Below, in pieces: positions 1 to 9,205 of a stretch of DNA of 64,000 bases; position 1 is the stretch's first letter, and every line of letters begins with the position of its first letter. Made by a program: the position numbers and the translations under genes. Under the pieces are notes generated by a model, which saw only the letters and a list, made by a program, of their open reading frames with translations, was not told the DNA's origin and did not search any database. This DNA is from Promethearchaeia archaeon (lineage in GTDB: Archaea > Asgardarchaeota > Lokiarchaeia > Sigyniarchaeales > SOKP01): NCBI GenBank assembly GCA_029856145.1, contig JAHQWK010000012.1:32001-96000 (forward strand), given 5' to 3'.

Positions 1-852
1 ATTAAAGATGAGCAATTTAATGCTCAATTTGTTTCATTAATTTCTTCAGGTTTCTTAGAAATTGCTCCCTTTCTTAAACCAAAATACGAAGAAGAGATCC
101 AAATTATAGGTGATAAAATCCCAATAAAGGAGATATTATTTATCAAAAAAGAAACACAACCACCTCCTAGATATACTGATACATCATTGCTTAAACTAAT
201 GGAAAAAAATCACTTAGGCACGAAATCAACTAGACCTGTTATAATTAAGCTATTACAGACTCGTGAATTAACAGAACGAATACAATATCATTATCATATC
301 ACGAATTTAGGCAAATTTATTATTGAAAATTTAATTGAAATATGGTTACCATTTTTAAAACCAGATTTTACTAAAAAAGTGGAAGGAAAACTTGAAGAGA
401 TTAAGAATAAGAAGAAAAATATAAAAGAGGTAGTAGATGAAATAAGAATGGAGTTTTTGCAACTATTTGACAAGTTCTTGATAAATAAACATAAACTAGT
501 TTCTAAAATTAATAATTATAAGATTGATTATACCATCCCACTTACATCTTCAAATTGCCCCTTTTGTAATAAAAATCCTATGAAATTCATTAATATAAAA
601 AATAAACGTTTTTTAGTTTGCTCTGATGATAATTGCAAACAATTTTTATCATTACCTAAGAATGGAAAATTACAATTATTAGATTCAATTTGTTCAATCT
701 GTAATTTTAATATTTTCAAAATTACTCTTATGAAATATAAGAAACCTTATACTTACTACTTATGTCCTAAATGCTGGAATGAAGATCGTTCCAACTTTTG
801 TTCTAATTGTAAAGAATTTAAAATTTATAAGGGACAATGCACAAAAAAATAA
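1..852 (+). CDS. topA: Type IA DNA topoisomerase, C-terminal part with zinc-ribbon domains (5' truncated by window)
   Basis: Frame 1 is open from base 1. It contains TQPPPRYTDTSLLKLMEKNHLGTKSTR, typical of topoisomerase IA domain IV, followed by several CxxC zinc ribbons. Confidence 0.9.
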   Translation: MKDEQFNAQFVSLISSGFLEIAPFLKPKYEEEIQIIGDKIPIKEILFIKKETQPPPRYTDTSLLKLMEKNHLGTKSTRPVIIKLLQTRELTERIQYHYHITNLGKFIIENLIEIWLPFLKPDFTKKVEGKLEEIKNKKKNIKEVVDEIRMEFLQLFDKFLINKHKLVSKINNYKIDYTIPLTSSNCPFCNKNPMKFINIKNKRFLVCSDDNCKQFLSLPKNGKLQLLDSICSICNFNIFKITLMKYKKPYTYYLCPKCWNEDRSNFCSNCKEFKIYKGQCTKK

Positions 853-861
853 GCTATTTAT

Positions 862-1200
862 CTAAAAGAAATGCGTAGAATCAAATCTATAAGCTGCTCT
901 TGTTAGCCCGACATAGTTATCATTAAGTTTATACAGCATTTTTCCATTTATAATTTTTTTCTGCAGATAATTGTTTTTAATATAATGATTCAACGATGAT
1001 ATCATCGTGCCCAAAGTGACAGCTCCGATAAATTCATGTCGCTTTTTTGTAGCTCTTATCAATTCTAGTTCAGAATGCCATTGCCCATCAAGAAGTGCTA
1101 TCAATATTTCATTTTTTATAGGAGTATTGATATCTTTAATTTTATTGAATAAATTAGAATAACTTGGCTTATAGTGCGGATTTTCTTCAAAATCTTCCAT
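862..1200 (-). CDS. Hypothetical winged helix-turn-helix protein
   Basis: 112 aa. The pattern EILIALLDGQWHSELEL...LGTMISSL...YLQKKIINGKMLYKL fits a wHTH (helices then a beta-hairpin wing). Confidence 0.55.
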   Translation of the reverse strand: MEDFEENPHYKPSYSNLFNKIKDINTPIKNEILIALLDGQWHSELELIRATKKRHEFIGAVTLGTMISSLNHYIKNNYLQKKIINGKMLYKLNDNYVGLTRAAYRFDSTHFF

Positions 1201-1240
1201 ATTTAATTATCTCTTTAAAAATAATGAATTTAATATGAAT

Positions 1241-1292
1241 TAATATTGAGATTTTTTATTTAACAAAATGTATGATCTCAGTATTATTTAGA
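1241..1292. repeat. Intergenic inverted repeat containing the dispersed motif TGATCTCAGTATTATTT
   Basis: TAATATTGAGAT (1241-1252) pairs 11/12 with ATCTCAGTATTA (1275-1286). The 17-mer at 1273-1289 recurs exactly at 14831-14847. Confidence 0.6.
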
Positions 1293-1320
1293 TATTTCCT
1301 CAGTAATTCAATATAGATAT

Positions 1321-2442
1321 TTATAGTAAATTTGGTGGTATTCCTTCATTATAATACTTCACCCGCGTAATCCAATTCTGAGAAAATTCTGGAATGGTAC
1401 CAAGTATAGAGCCACCCACCCACACAGAAAATGTTCTCTCCATCGGAGCGATAATTCTGATTCCTAGATTTTTTTTCTTTCTCCTTGCTAATTCTAATTC
1501 TAATTCTTGATAAATACGCGATTTTATATTAGGGAACATTGAGGATCCTCCTGAAAGAAAAATATTATTCAATAAATCTGGACGAATATCTAAATCACAT
1601 GCATCTATAACGTCCATAATGGCTACATGTAACGAATCTTCTTCCAACTCTGAAGATGGTTTAAATAATAATTCTGGTACCATAAATCGTTCTTTATTAA
1701 GTGAGATAGTTGAACCATCAGGCAAAGAGTATTCTTTCTCATATTGCTCAATACGTTTCAGATCTTCATTATAATCTAATGAGACAAAACAAGCTTTCTC
1801 CTTTAATGCCCTTACTAATTCTCTACGAATTGAAGAATCAACAGACCATCCAATGGATTCTAAAGTCTGTTCCATATAACGAGTTAATACTCTTCCACCT
1901 ATGTCTAAAATCCGTACTGCATGTTCTAACTTATATCCTTCATAGATCGGGACAATTCTTGTATTACTATCTCCAATCTCTACAATCAAACCTGTTTGAA
2001 ATCCTCCAGAGTAAAGAGTTAACATAGAATCTAAGACAGGATAAAATGCCATACATTGATATCGTTCTAAAAACAATTCAAAAATTTTCTCTAAATCTTT
2101 ATATGGAAATAAAGGATGTACCGCAAATAGTACATTAACAAGCGTTGGGTCTACTCTTAAGTTATAAAAGATATAATCAATAATATTTGCTAAATGGTTC
2201 CAATCTACGACAATTCCCTTTTCAATTGGATGAAAAATTTTATACAATCCAATTGATTGAATTTCGTCTCCTACATATATTTCATCTTCACGAGACTCTT
2301 TGCCCCCATAATTGACACCAACATCTTGATATTTAGGTTTTCCAACCATTGTAAGGAATACTTGGGAGGGTGTATCTTCACCCGCGAATCCAATTTTTGT
2401 TGAAAATTGACCGATATCAAGAACAACTGTAAGATTTCCCAT
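1321..2442 (-). CDS. Actin family protein (divergent actin-related protein)
   Basis: 373 aa, colinear with actin: VLDIGQFSTKIGFAGED, YVGDE, PIEKGIV, IVPIYEGY, YSLPDG, KERFMVPELLF, LSGGSSMFP, SVWVGGSIL. Confidence 0.95.
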   Translation of the reverse strand: MGNLTVVLDIGQFSTKIGFAGEDTPSQVFLTMVGKPKYQDVGVNYGGKESREDEIYVGDEIQSIGLYKIFHPIEKGIVVDWNHLANIIDYIFYNLRVDPTLVNVLFAVHPLFPYKDLEKIFELFLERYQCMAFYPVLDSMLTLYSGGFQTGLIVEIGDSNTRIVPIYEGYKLEHAVRILDIGGRVLTRYMEQTLESIGWSVDSSIRRELVRALKEKACFVSLDYNEDLKRIEQYEKEYSLPDGSTISLNKERFMVPELLFKPSSELEEDSLHVAIMDVIDACDLDIRPDLLNNIFLSGGSSMFPNIKSRIYQELELELARRKKKNLGIRIIAPMERTFSVWVGGSILGTIPEFSQNWITRVKYYNEGIPPNLL

Positions 2443-2567
2443 GCCTTAATATTTCTAAATTTAATTGAAGATAATTACCCTAAATAACTATATCTAATAT
2501 ATTATTTTAATTATTTAAAAAAATTCTATGCAATTTATCAAAAAAAAGAAGAAAAATCTTAAGTTTC

Positions 2568-3233
2568 TTATTCTCCTCTCATGATTTTCTTCAGACGATT
2601 TAGCTCATCCAACATCTCATCTCGAAGAGAACCTAAGCCTCCACCAACTTTTGGAGCTACTGAGGGTGCTGCTGGAGCTGGAGGTCCAGGTCTTTTTGCA
2701 AATGCCGGTGCTGCTGGAGGTCCTGCACTTGGAGGGCCACTAGGTGCTTTAGGAGGTCCACCGCCAGCAGGAGGTAATTTCGGAGCTGGAGGTAAATTAG
2801 GTTTTTTGGGAGGTCCGCCACCACTTGGTGCAGTAGGTGGGCCTGCTTTCTTAGGAGGACCCGCACCGGGAGGTTTAGGTGCAGAAGGAGGTCCCCTGCC
2901 AGGAGGTGCAGGAGCTGCTGGGACGGTAGCTGTTGGTGCTGCTGTTGGTGCTGCGGCAGGACTTCCACTACTTAATAAAGAGAATAAGGTACTTGCTGCT
3001 GCGGTTTTAGCTTCACCACCTGTTGGGGCAACAATTTTTTTAGAGGAAGTACTCACAGTTTGAACATCTTCAACAACAGAAACTTCCTTCAAATCTTTCT
3101 GAGCTTTAGCCAATGATTTAATAAAGTCGTTTATTCCTTTTACAGTATCTCCTAAATCATCTGCTAAAGAAGTTAAACCTTTTTTCATAAAATTAATTAC
3201 TCGTTCAATCTTTTTCTGTTCTTTTGAAACCAT
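2568..3233 (-). CDS. Proline-rich protein with N-terminal coiled coil and C-terminal amphipathic helix
   Basis: 221 aa with an ATG start. Helical N-terminus of about 50 aa, about 100 aa of P/G/A/K low complexity with GPP repeats, C-terminus GGGLGSLRDEMLDELNRLKKIMRGE. Confidence 0.8.
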   Translation of the reverse strand: MVSKEQKKIERVINFMKKGLTSLADDLGDTVKGINDFIKSLAKAQKDLKEVSVVEDVQTVSTSSKKIVAPTGGEAKTAAASTLFSLLSSGSPAAAPTAAPTATVPAAPAPPGRGPPSAPKPPGAGPPKKAGPPTAPSGGGPPKKPNLPPAPKLPPAGGGPPKAPSGPPSAGPPAAPAFAKRPGPPAPAAPSVAPKVGGGLGSLRDEMLDELNRLKKIMRGE

Positions 3234-3504
3234 GTTCTACTCAATTCCTCTAATATTATTGTAAAATTGATTAAAATTAAAATTAAAATTACTATTTATA
3301 ACCTTTATATTTTTATTATATTAATATGTATTTATATTTTTATTCCATTCTTTTTCAACTCTATAAATCCCAATATTACGTACATCTAGAAAAAACATTA
3401 ATTATTAAAAAACCTAAACTAATAATATTATATAACATATTTCATTAGTAAGTTTAAAAATTATTAAAAACTCAATTAGAATAAATTTAAAAGGTTTGCA
3501 TAAA

Positions 3505-3771
3505 ATGCCTAAGCGAGAACTATTCATTAAGCGGGTTTATGAAATAGTAAATGAGCTTAAAATTCCCCTAATCGATGAAAGAGTCTATGATAGTGTTAAA
3601 TTCAGTACGGGGGCAGCTGTAGCAGCGGTTATTTTCAGATTTGAGGAGGATGAATCAGTAATACGTGGATTTCTGGGTCTTGCTGAATACTTTCACACAG
3701 TAGTGATAAAGAGAAAGGATGAGTTCTATATTCCCCACGCTTCCATTCTCTTCAGACTTATAAGTGCTTAG
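3505..3771 (+). CDS. Small hypothetical protein of unknown function
   Basis: Globular-looking 88 aa ORF. The ATG at 3505 is more likely than the TTG at 3496. Followed by a T-rich tract. Confidence 0.7.
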   Translation: MPKRELFIKRVYEIVNELKIPLIDERVYDSVKFSTGAAVAAVIFRFEEDESVIRGFLGLAEYFHTVVIKRKDEFYIPHASILFRLISA

Positions 3772-3945
3772 GGTAAGCTATCTATTTTTAATCCTCTCTT
3801 TCTTTTATAAAAATCTTTTTTTTACTTTTCTTCAATGTCATTAATTTCAAGAGCAATAATTTGAAATTTATCTTTGAAATTAAAAAAAAACTATTATATC
3901 TATGGAATTGAATTTTAATGTTTGGTTTATATTCAGACTAAAGAT

Positions 3946-4644
3946 TTAAATGTTTATTATGTAATATTTAGAACTGTTTATTATCTCTAATACCTCTGTT
4001 TCAGGTACATCATACCAATGTCTATAAGCATCAGCAACAGCAAACCAAAATGTATTCCTTATATTAGGGCAAATAATCTCATAAACTTCATTTTGTATTC
4101 TTTTGATAGTTCTTAAGGGAGCAGTTGGTACGGCAATATAGATTTTATTTGGATTATATTTTTTTATCATTTTGATTCCAGCTAACATTGTAAACCCTGA
4201 GGCTAATCCATCATCGAGTAAGACAATATTTTTATTTTGTATGTTTTTAACATATTGTTCTTGTAAATTCAATTCTCTTCTATAATATTTGATTCTTTGT
4301 TGTATCTCTTCTTTTGTAGTTACAATTGAATCATTTATCTGTTTTTCAGAAAGGTTTAATTGGCTCAATAGAGGTTGGTTAAATAACACAGTGCCATCTG
4401 TTGTAATTGCACCAAATCCCGCTTCAGTATTATAGGGAATTTTTAATTTCCTGACAATTAAAATATCATAGTGAATATTAAATTGCGAACAAAATCCTTC
4501 TGCTATTGGAACTCCACCATTTGGAATGGCAAAGCAGAAAAAATCTTTAGGATTTTGTGAAATTTGAATATAAAATTCCTCATTATTATCTTGAATATAT
4601 TCTGTGAGTATTTTTCCTGCTATAAATCTAGATTCATACTTCAT
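3946..4644 (-). CDS. Phosphoribosyltransferase family protein
   Basis: PRPP-binding loop VLLDDGLASGFT, plus AIPNGGVP, IVRKL and AVP motifs. Confidence 0.9.
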   Translation of the reverse strand: MKYESRFIAGKILTEYIQDNNEEFYIQISQNPKDFFCFAIPNGGVPIAEGFCSQFNIHYDILIVRKLKIPYNTEAGFGAITTDGTVLFNQPLLSQLNLSEKQINDSIVTTKEEIQQRIKYYRRELNLQEQYVKNIQNKNIVLLDDGLASGFTMLAGIKMIKKYNPNKIYIAVPTAPLRTIKRIQNEVYEIICPNIRNTFWFAVADAYRHWYDVPETEVLEIINSSKYYIINI

Positions 4645-4823
4645 GGAATTTACTATTAAATAGTAGTATATTTATAATTAATAAAATTCCTTTTGTTTCA
4701 GTTATTGAGGTTCTTAGTCTTATATTTAATAAAGGCAATTATCTGATATATTTATATATATGCAGTAGGATTAGTATTGTAACTTTATTATATTAATAAC
4801 CCAAAAATAATTGATGAGAATAT

Positions 4824-5645
4824 ATGAAGAAGTCTCTCATAATTTTAGTATGCTTATTAGGCCTCTTTTTCTTTTTACCATTTATAAATTTCTCTATGGC
4901 AATTCCTCCCGATTATATTGGAGTTCAAGTAGGGGAAGAATATACTTGGACTTTTAGAGTAAACGTAAATACATTTACAGAGTACGCAACAGATATGGGT
5001 CAAACAGTTCCAGCAGAAATCTCAATGTTTGAAACTATGAGTTCAGTCCAATTGAAGGGTATAGTAGCGTCGATTAGTGATGAAATTCCCGGAATATCTT
5101 ATGATTATGTTATAATTAATTTATCCTTATACATGAATGTACCGGGATATGGGTGGATGGACTTTCAGGATTTTGGAGAGTATCTACCTGTTTTTGTGTT
5201 GAGCAATGAAACATCTAATTATTTTAATAGTACTATGAATGCAATGGAAACTGAAATGTTACCTCCCCCTATTGGTTTTGCCTTACCATTTTTAATTGTC
5301 CCTCATAATCTAAACTGGACAGATGCAGTCCAAGGCTTAAATGATGTAGTTCAGGATTTTACTGGAGGAGTTACTGGATTGGCTTTAGAAGAATTTGGAA
5401 ATGGTTTTAAAATAACAATACCTGCACAAACTATTAATACTTTTGCTATGCAACAAATGGACTATATTGCTCAATGGAATGATAAAGGGGTTTTTGGCCA
5501 AGGTCAAATACTCTATGGAGGTGCAACCATGATGTCTATTAATGTACCTGAAAGTGAAATTCCCGGATATGAAATCACAATTCTTCTTGGCGTACTTGGT
5601 GTCAGCACATTAGGATTATTTTATTATATAAAGAAAAGGAAGTAA
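4824..5645 (+). CDS. Secreted/surface protein with Loki-CTERM-type C-terminal sorting signal
   Basis: N-terminal signal peptide. C-terminus has IPGY, a transmembrane helix and the basic tail KKRK. Confidence 0.85.
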   Translation: MKKSLIILVCLLGLFFFLPFINFSMAIPPDYIGVQVGEEYTWTFRVNVNTFTEYATDMGQTVPAEISMFETMSSVQLKGIVASISDEIPGISYDYVIINLSLYMNVPGYGWMDFQDFGEYLPVFVLSNETSNYFNSTMNAMETEMLPPPIGFALPFLIVPHNLNWTDAVQGLNDVVQDFTGGVTGLALEEFGNGFKITIPAQTINTFAMQQMDYIAQWNDKGVFGQGQILYGGATMMSINVPESEIPGYEITILLGVLGVSTLGLFYYIKKRK

Positions 5646-5730
5646 TACCCTAAATTAAAAATCTTTTTTTTTTTAATATTTTTTAAATATTATTATAATA
5701 GAAATTATATAATTTATCAATCAGATTAAC

Positions 5731-6006
5731 ATGGAACTTTTTGATTCGATACTATTTATTTTCTTTATTTTAATTCTATTGTGGGTTATTAAAGCCGACT
5801 TTCTATTCATAATTTTAGGGATTGCTGCATTTTTATATTTTCTAATTATCCTATTCTCAGAAAATCCTTTAACAGTTACACTTTCCATTCTGAATTTTAT
5901 TTTATTAAATCCTTTAGGATTATTACTGATTTTTACTCCATTAATTTTGTATATCTTAAAAGAAGGTATGAAAAGATATTTAAGTCAAAAGAGAGAAAAA
6001 ACTTAG
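5731..6006 (+). CDS. Small membrane protein
   Basis: 91 aa, mostly hydrophobic, with a basic C-terminus. Confidence 0.55.
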   Translation: MELFDSILFIFFILILLWVIKADFLFIILGIAAFLYFLIILFSENPLTVTLSILNFILLNPLGLLLIFTPLILYILKEGMKRYLSQKREKT

Positions 6007-7659
6007 TTACTCAATTTTATTTAATTTTCTAATACCTAAATATATCATTAATAACGCTATTATACCGGAAACTCCTAGATTGACTAACAGGATATATATT
6101 ATACCTATTGAAGCAGTAATGAAAGGGGATAGATTTGGCATAACAATAAAGAGAGTTATTAGTAATGATAATATCTGAAATACGAGAATAAGATAAATAT
6201 TAAAAAGAACATCCTTACCTCTTTCCTCAAATAAAGGTTTAATACATTGTATTGCTAATGCTTCTAAAAGAATTTCTACACTATATATCATAAACGCAAG
6301 AAAAAACACTAAAACCAATAAAAGGTCAATTTGAAATAGAAAAGCAAAGAATATTGTTAAGCTGATATCCAGAAAGAGGATTAATATAAATATAACAAAT
6401 AAATAAGAAAAAACTAATGAATTTATTCCGCGAGGTGATTTCTTGTATACAAATAATAGTTCTTTTGATCTGATCAAAATTGAAATTCCTATTAAGATAC
6501 TAAAAATTAAGCTTCCAATCCATGCTATTATTAATACTAATAAAAATCTATGCTGAAGAATTTCCATAATCAAACTTATACCTAACGGATTATCTTCAAG
6601 AATTATAGTAGATTGGCTTAAGGAAACAGATAAAAAAACACCGATAAATCCAATAAAAACAGTACTATAAATTAATTTAGCATAATTCTCTTTTTTTCTC
6701 AAAAATTCTTTAAAATGGATAATTACTAAGCCTGTCCATTTACTCGGAGTAATCTTTCTTATAAATTGATAAAATTTACTTTCCTTATAGATTATTTTTG
6801 ATTTTTTTTCAATATTTCTTTCTAAATTGTAAAAAACATTAGCCTTTTTATAAGATATATAAAATATTAATAGAGGTATGATGATTGCTAACCCAAGATT
6901 AAGCCAAATATTTAAAATATATGGAACTACTAATGATGGGTTTATAATATATAAAATAATATTAGAATACCAAAAAGAAGGAAAAAAAAGCATCCAGACT
7001 TTGAAGTTTGGATAATTTGTGATAAACTCAAATAGAAAATGGAAAATATAAAATATTGAAATTACTATAAAAGATAAAATTACAAATACCCAGTTATCAA
7101 GTTCTCTTATCTTTTTACTTTTATAGATTCTGTTTTCAATCCAATTAGATAATATGGTTCCCACTAATAGAGCAAACATTGATAGTGTAAAAGTAATAAT
7201 ATAAAATCCAATATAATGAAAGAATGCCATTTCAGGATTTATCTGTCTCAATAAACTAGTTCCTAATGGGCCAATTCCTAATAAAAATAGGAAATAAAAA
7301 GGCAATTGACCAACAAATTCACCTGTAAAAATATCTCCTGGTGTAATTGGAGAAGCAATGATCGTATCTTTTAAACCAATTTCGGCTTTTCTATATAGAA
7401 GGAATAAAGGATAAATTGTGTACATTACAAATAACATCATAAATGAATATTCTAAGATTAGATTTATAAGAACTTCAAATTGTGCAGAGTAAAACTTTAA
7501 AAGCTCAGGTAGTATTTCATCGAATAAAACCGGACCTAAGAAAGCTGCCCAAAGCAAGAAAAATGTATAAATCAAAATGAAAAATAGTCTACGATTTTTT
7601 CTTACACGAAAAGTCTTTAATCGGATCTCATTTTTCGCTATTATCTTCCAAAGAGGCAA
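6007..7659 (-). CDS. Polytopic membrane protein, ABC-2/exporter permease-like
   Basis: 550 aa with about 12 TM helices in two repeats (IIAKNEIR..ASPI and IIHFKEFLR..KSP). No ATPase gene adjacent. Confidence 0.65.
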   Translation of the reverse strand: MPLWKIIAKNEIRLKTFRVRKNRRLFFILIYTFFLLWAAFLGPVLFDEILPELLKFYSAQFEVLINLILEYSFMMLFVMYTIYPLFLLYRKAEIGLKDTIIASPITPGDIFTGEFVGQLPFYFLFLLGIGPLGTSLLRQINPEMAFFHYIGFYIITFTLSMFALLVGTILSNWIENRIYKSKKIRELDNWVFVILSFIVISIFYIFHFLFEFITNYPNFKVWMLFFPSFWYSNIILYIINPSLVVPYILNIWLNLGLAIIIPLLIFYISYKKANVFYNLERNIEKKSKIIYKESKFYQFIRKITPSKWTGLVIIHFKEFLRKKENYAKLIYSTVFIGFIGVFLSVSLSQSTIILEDNPLGISLIMEILQHRFLLVLIIAWIGSLIFSILIGISILIRSKELLFVYKKSPRGINSLVFSYLFVIFILILFLDISLTIFFAFLFQIDLLLVLVFFLAFMIYSVEILLEALAIQCIKPLFEERGKDVLFNIYLILVFQILSLLITLFIVMPNLSPFITASIGIIYILLVNLGVSGIIALLMIYLGIRKLNKIE

Positions 7660-8061
7660 TTATGATTTTCTCTTTTTCTTTATTTTTCAATTATATTAAA
7701 TTAAATAATGATTAAGAATAATTTTTTTTAAATAAATTTGTTTAATAAATTAGAAATTGAAAAAAGGCTTTTTAATTTATTTGCTTTTATTTATATATTT
7801 TTAGTTTATTTTACTAATTTAGCAATTTTAATCACAAAAAAAAGTATAATCTTTAATAGATTTTACTTTTAATCAAGTTGTGAACATAAATTATATAATA
7901 AATTTGATGAATTTAGGTTTAACTAAATATTTAAATAAGAAAATATTTAATTATCTTAAATAGAGATCAACAAATTTTAATTAAAATATCCCCTTAAAAT
8001 ATTAATAAAAGATGGCTCAAAATCAAATTTCTGAAACAACAGATTCTGATGAGGATGGCAT

Positions 8062-8616
8062 ATGGAGAATCAAGACTCTAAAAGTAAGATTGTTAAAGAA
8101 ACATTCCCATCAGAACTTATATCTATTATTGGAGATATCCTAGCAGGTATATTACTCTCACTTTTAATTTTGCCATTTAATAGTTTTCCGGTTTTAATTT
8201 TAATGGTTCCAGCACTTCTCTCTCTTAGAGGTAATTTGAGTGGGCCATTCATAGCCAGAACATCTCGGGATTTGATTATAGGAGATTTTTCTAAGAGAAC
8301 TTGGATTGAAAATGTACTAGCAACTTATACTCTATCAATATTTACAGCGATTTTCATAGGGATATTTTCCATAATTCTAAATTTTGCGTTTTTCAAATTA
8401 TTTATACTCCCCACTGTGCATTTTATTCTAATTCCAATCATTTCAATTGTTTTAACTTTATTAATTTCAATTCCTTGCTCAACTGGATTGAACTATTTAG
8501 CTTTCAAAAAAGGTTTAAACCCAAATAACATAGTAAATCCTGTTATGACCGCGATTGATGATTTTTCTACTGTATTTTTTTTTCTTTTAACAATAATAAT
8601 GCTGGGGGTGCCTTAA
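8062..8616 (+). CDS. MgtE/SLC41-type divalent cation transporter membrane domain
   Basis: Motifs PALLSLRGN and LNPNNIVNPVMTAIDD. Confidence 0.85.
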   Translation: MENQDSKSKIVKETFPSELISIIGDILAGILLSLLILPFNSFPVLILMVPALLSLRGNLSGPFIARTSRDLIIGDFSKRTWIENVLATYTLSIFTAIFIGIFSIILNFAFFKLFILPTVHFILIPIISIVLTLLISIPCSTGLNYLAFKKGLNPNNIVNPVMTAIDDFSTVFFFLLTIIMLGVP

Positions 8617-8628
8617 ATTAAATATTAT

Positions 8629-9168
8629 ATGAAAATTTTCAAAGAATCAATAATTATCGTGATTATCTCTTCCTTAATGGGTTTAATTTCCGGCACACTT
8701 TTATCATTTAATGAAGATCTATTATATACAATTCCTATAATGCTCTTAATAATTCCCGCATTGAACTCTTTGATAGGGGATTTATCAACTGTTTTAGTCT
8801 CTAGATTAACTACACATCTTTATATTGGAACAATACCTCCAAAAATTCAAAAATCAGAAAGATTAATAGAAGATTTTTATGGATTAATCATAACCCTTTT
8901 ATTAAGCTTAGCATCTCTGTTATTTCTAGGATATTTAATTGGAATAATATCAGGTATCAGAATTGTAAATCCATTATTAATGATTTTAATTATTGTTGCT
9001 ACAATTTTATTAATTTTTTTCATAATGTTCTTAACATTGTTTATAGGCGCCATATTCTTATTTAAGCGAGGTAAAGATCCAAATAATTTTTTAATTCCAT
9101 TTGTTACCTCTTTAGCGGATTTTCTAACGCCTTTTTTCTTAATACTATTTATAATAATATTTATATAA
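8629..9168 (+). CDS. MgtE/SLC41-type divalent cation transporter membrane domain (second paralogue)
   Basis: Motifs PALNSLIGD, SRLTTHLYIG and DPNNFLIPFVTSLAD. Confidence 0.85.
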   Translation: MKIFKESIIIVIISSLMGLISGTLLSFNEDLLYTIPIMLLIIPALNSLIGDLSTVLVSRLTTHLYIGTIPPKIQKSERLIEDFYGLIITLLLSLASLLFLGYLIGIISGIRIVNPLLMILIIVATILLIFFIMFLTLFIGAIFLFKRGKDPNNFLIPFVTSLADFLTPFFLILFIIIFI

Positions 9169-9205
9169 AATCAAATTTATATGAAAAATGAGTGAATAAA
9201 ACAAT

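Noticed and set aside
2640-2960. Local GC-rich island suggesting foreign DNA or a structural RNA
   Set aside because: Fully explained by Pro/Gly/Ala codons of the 2568..3233 protein.
2581-3063. 160-aa Gly/Ala-rich plus-strand ORF (and the Gln/Leu-rich ORF 2657..2968)
   Set aside because: These are shadow frames of the proline-rich gene; the repetitive GC-richer codons simply lack stops.
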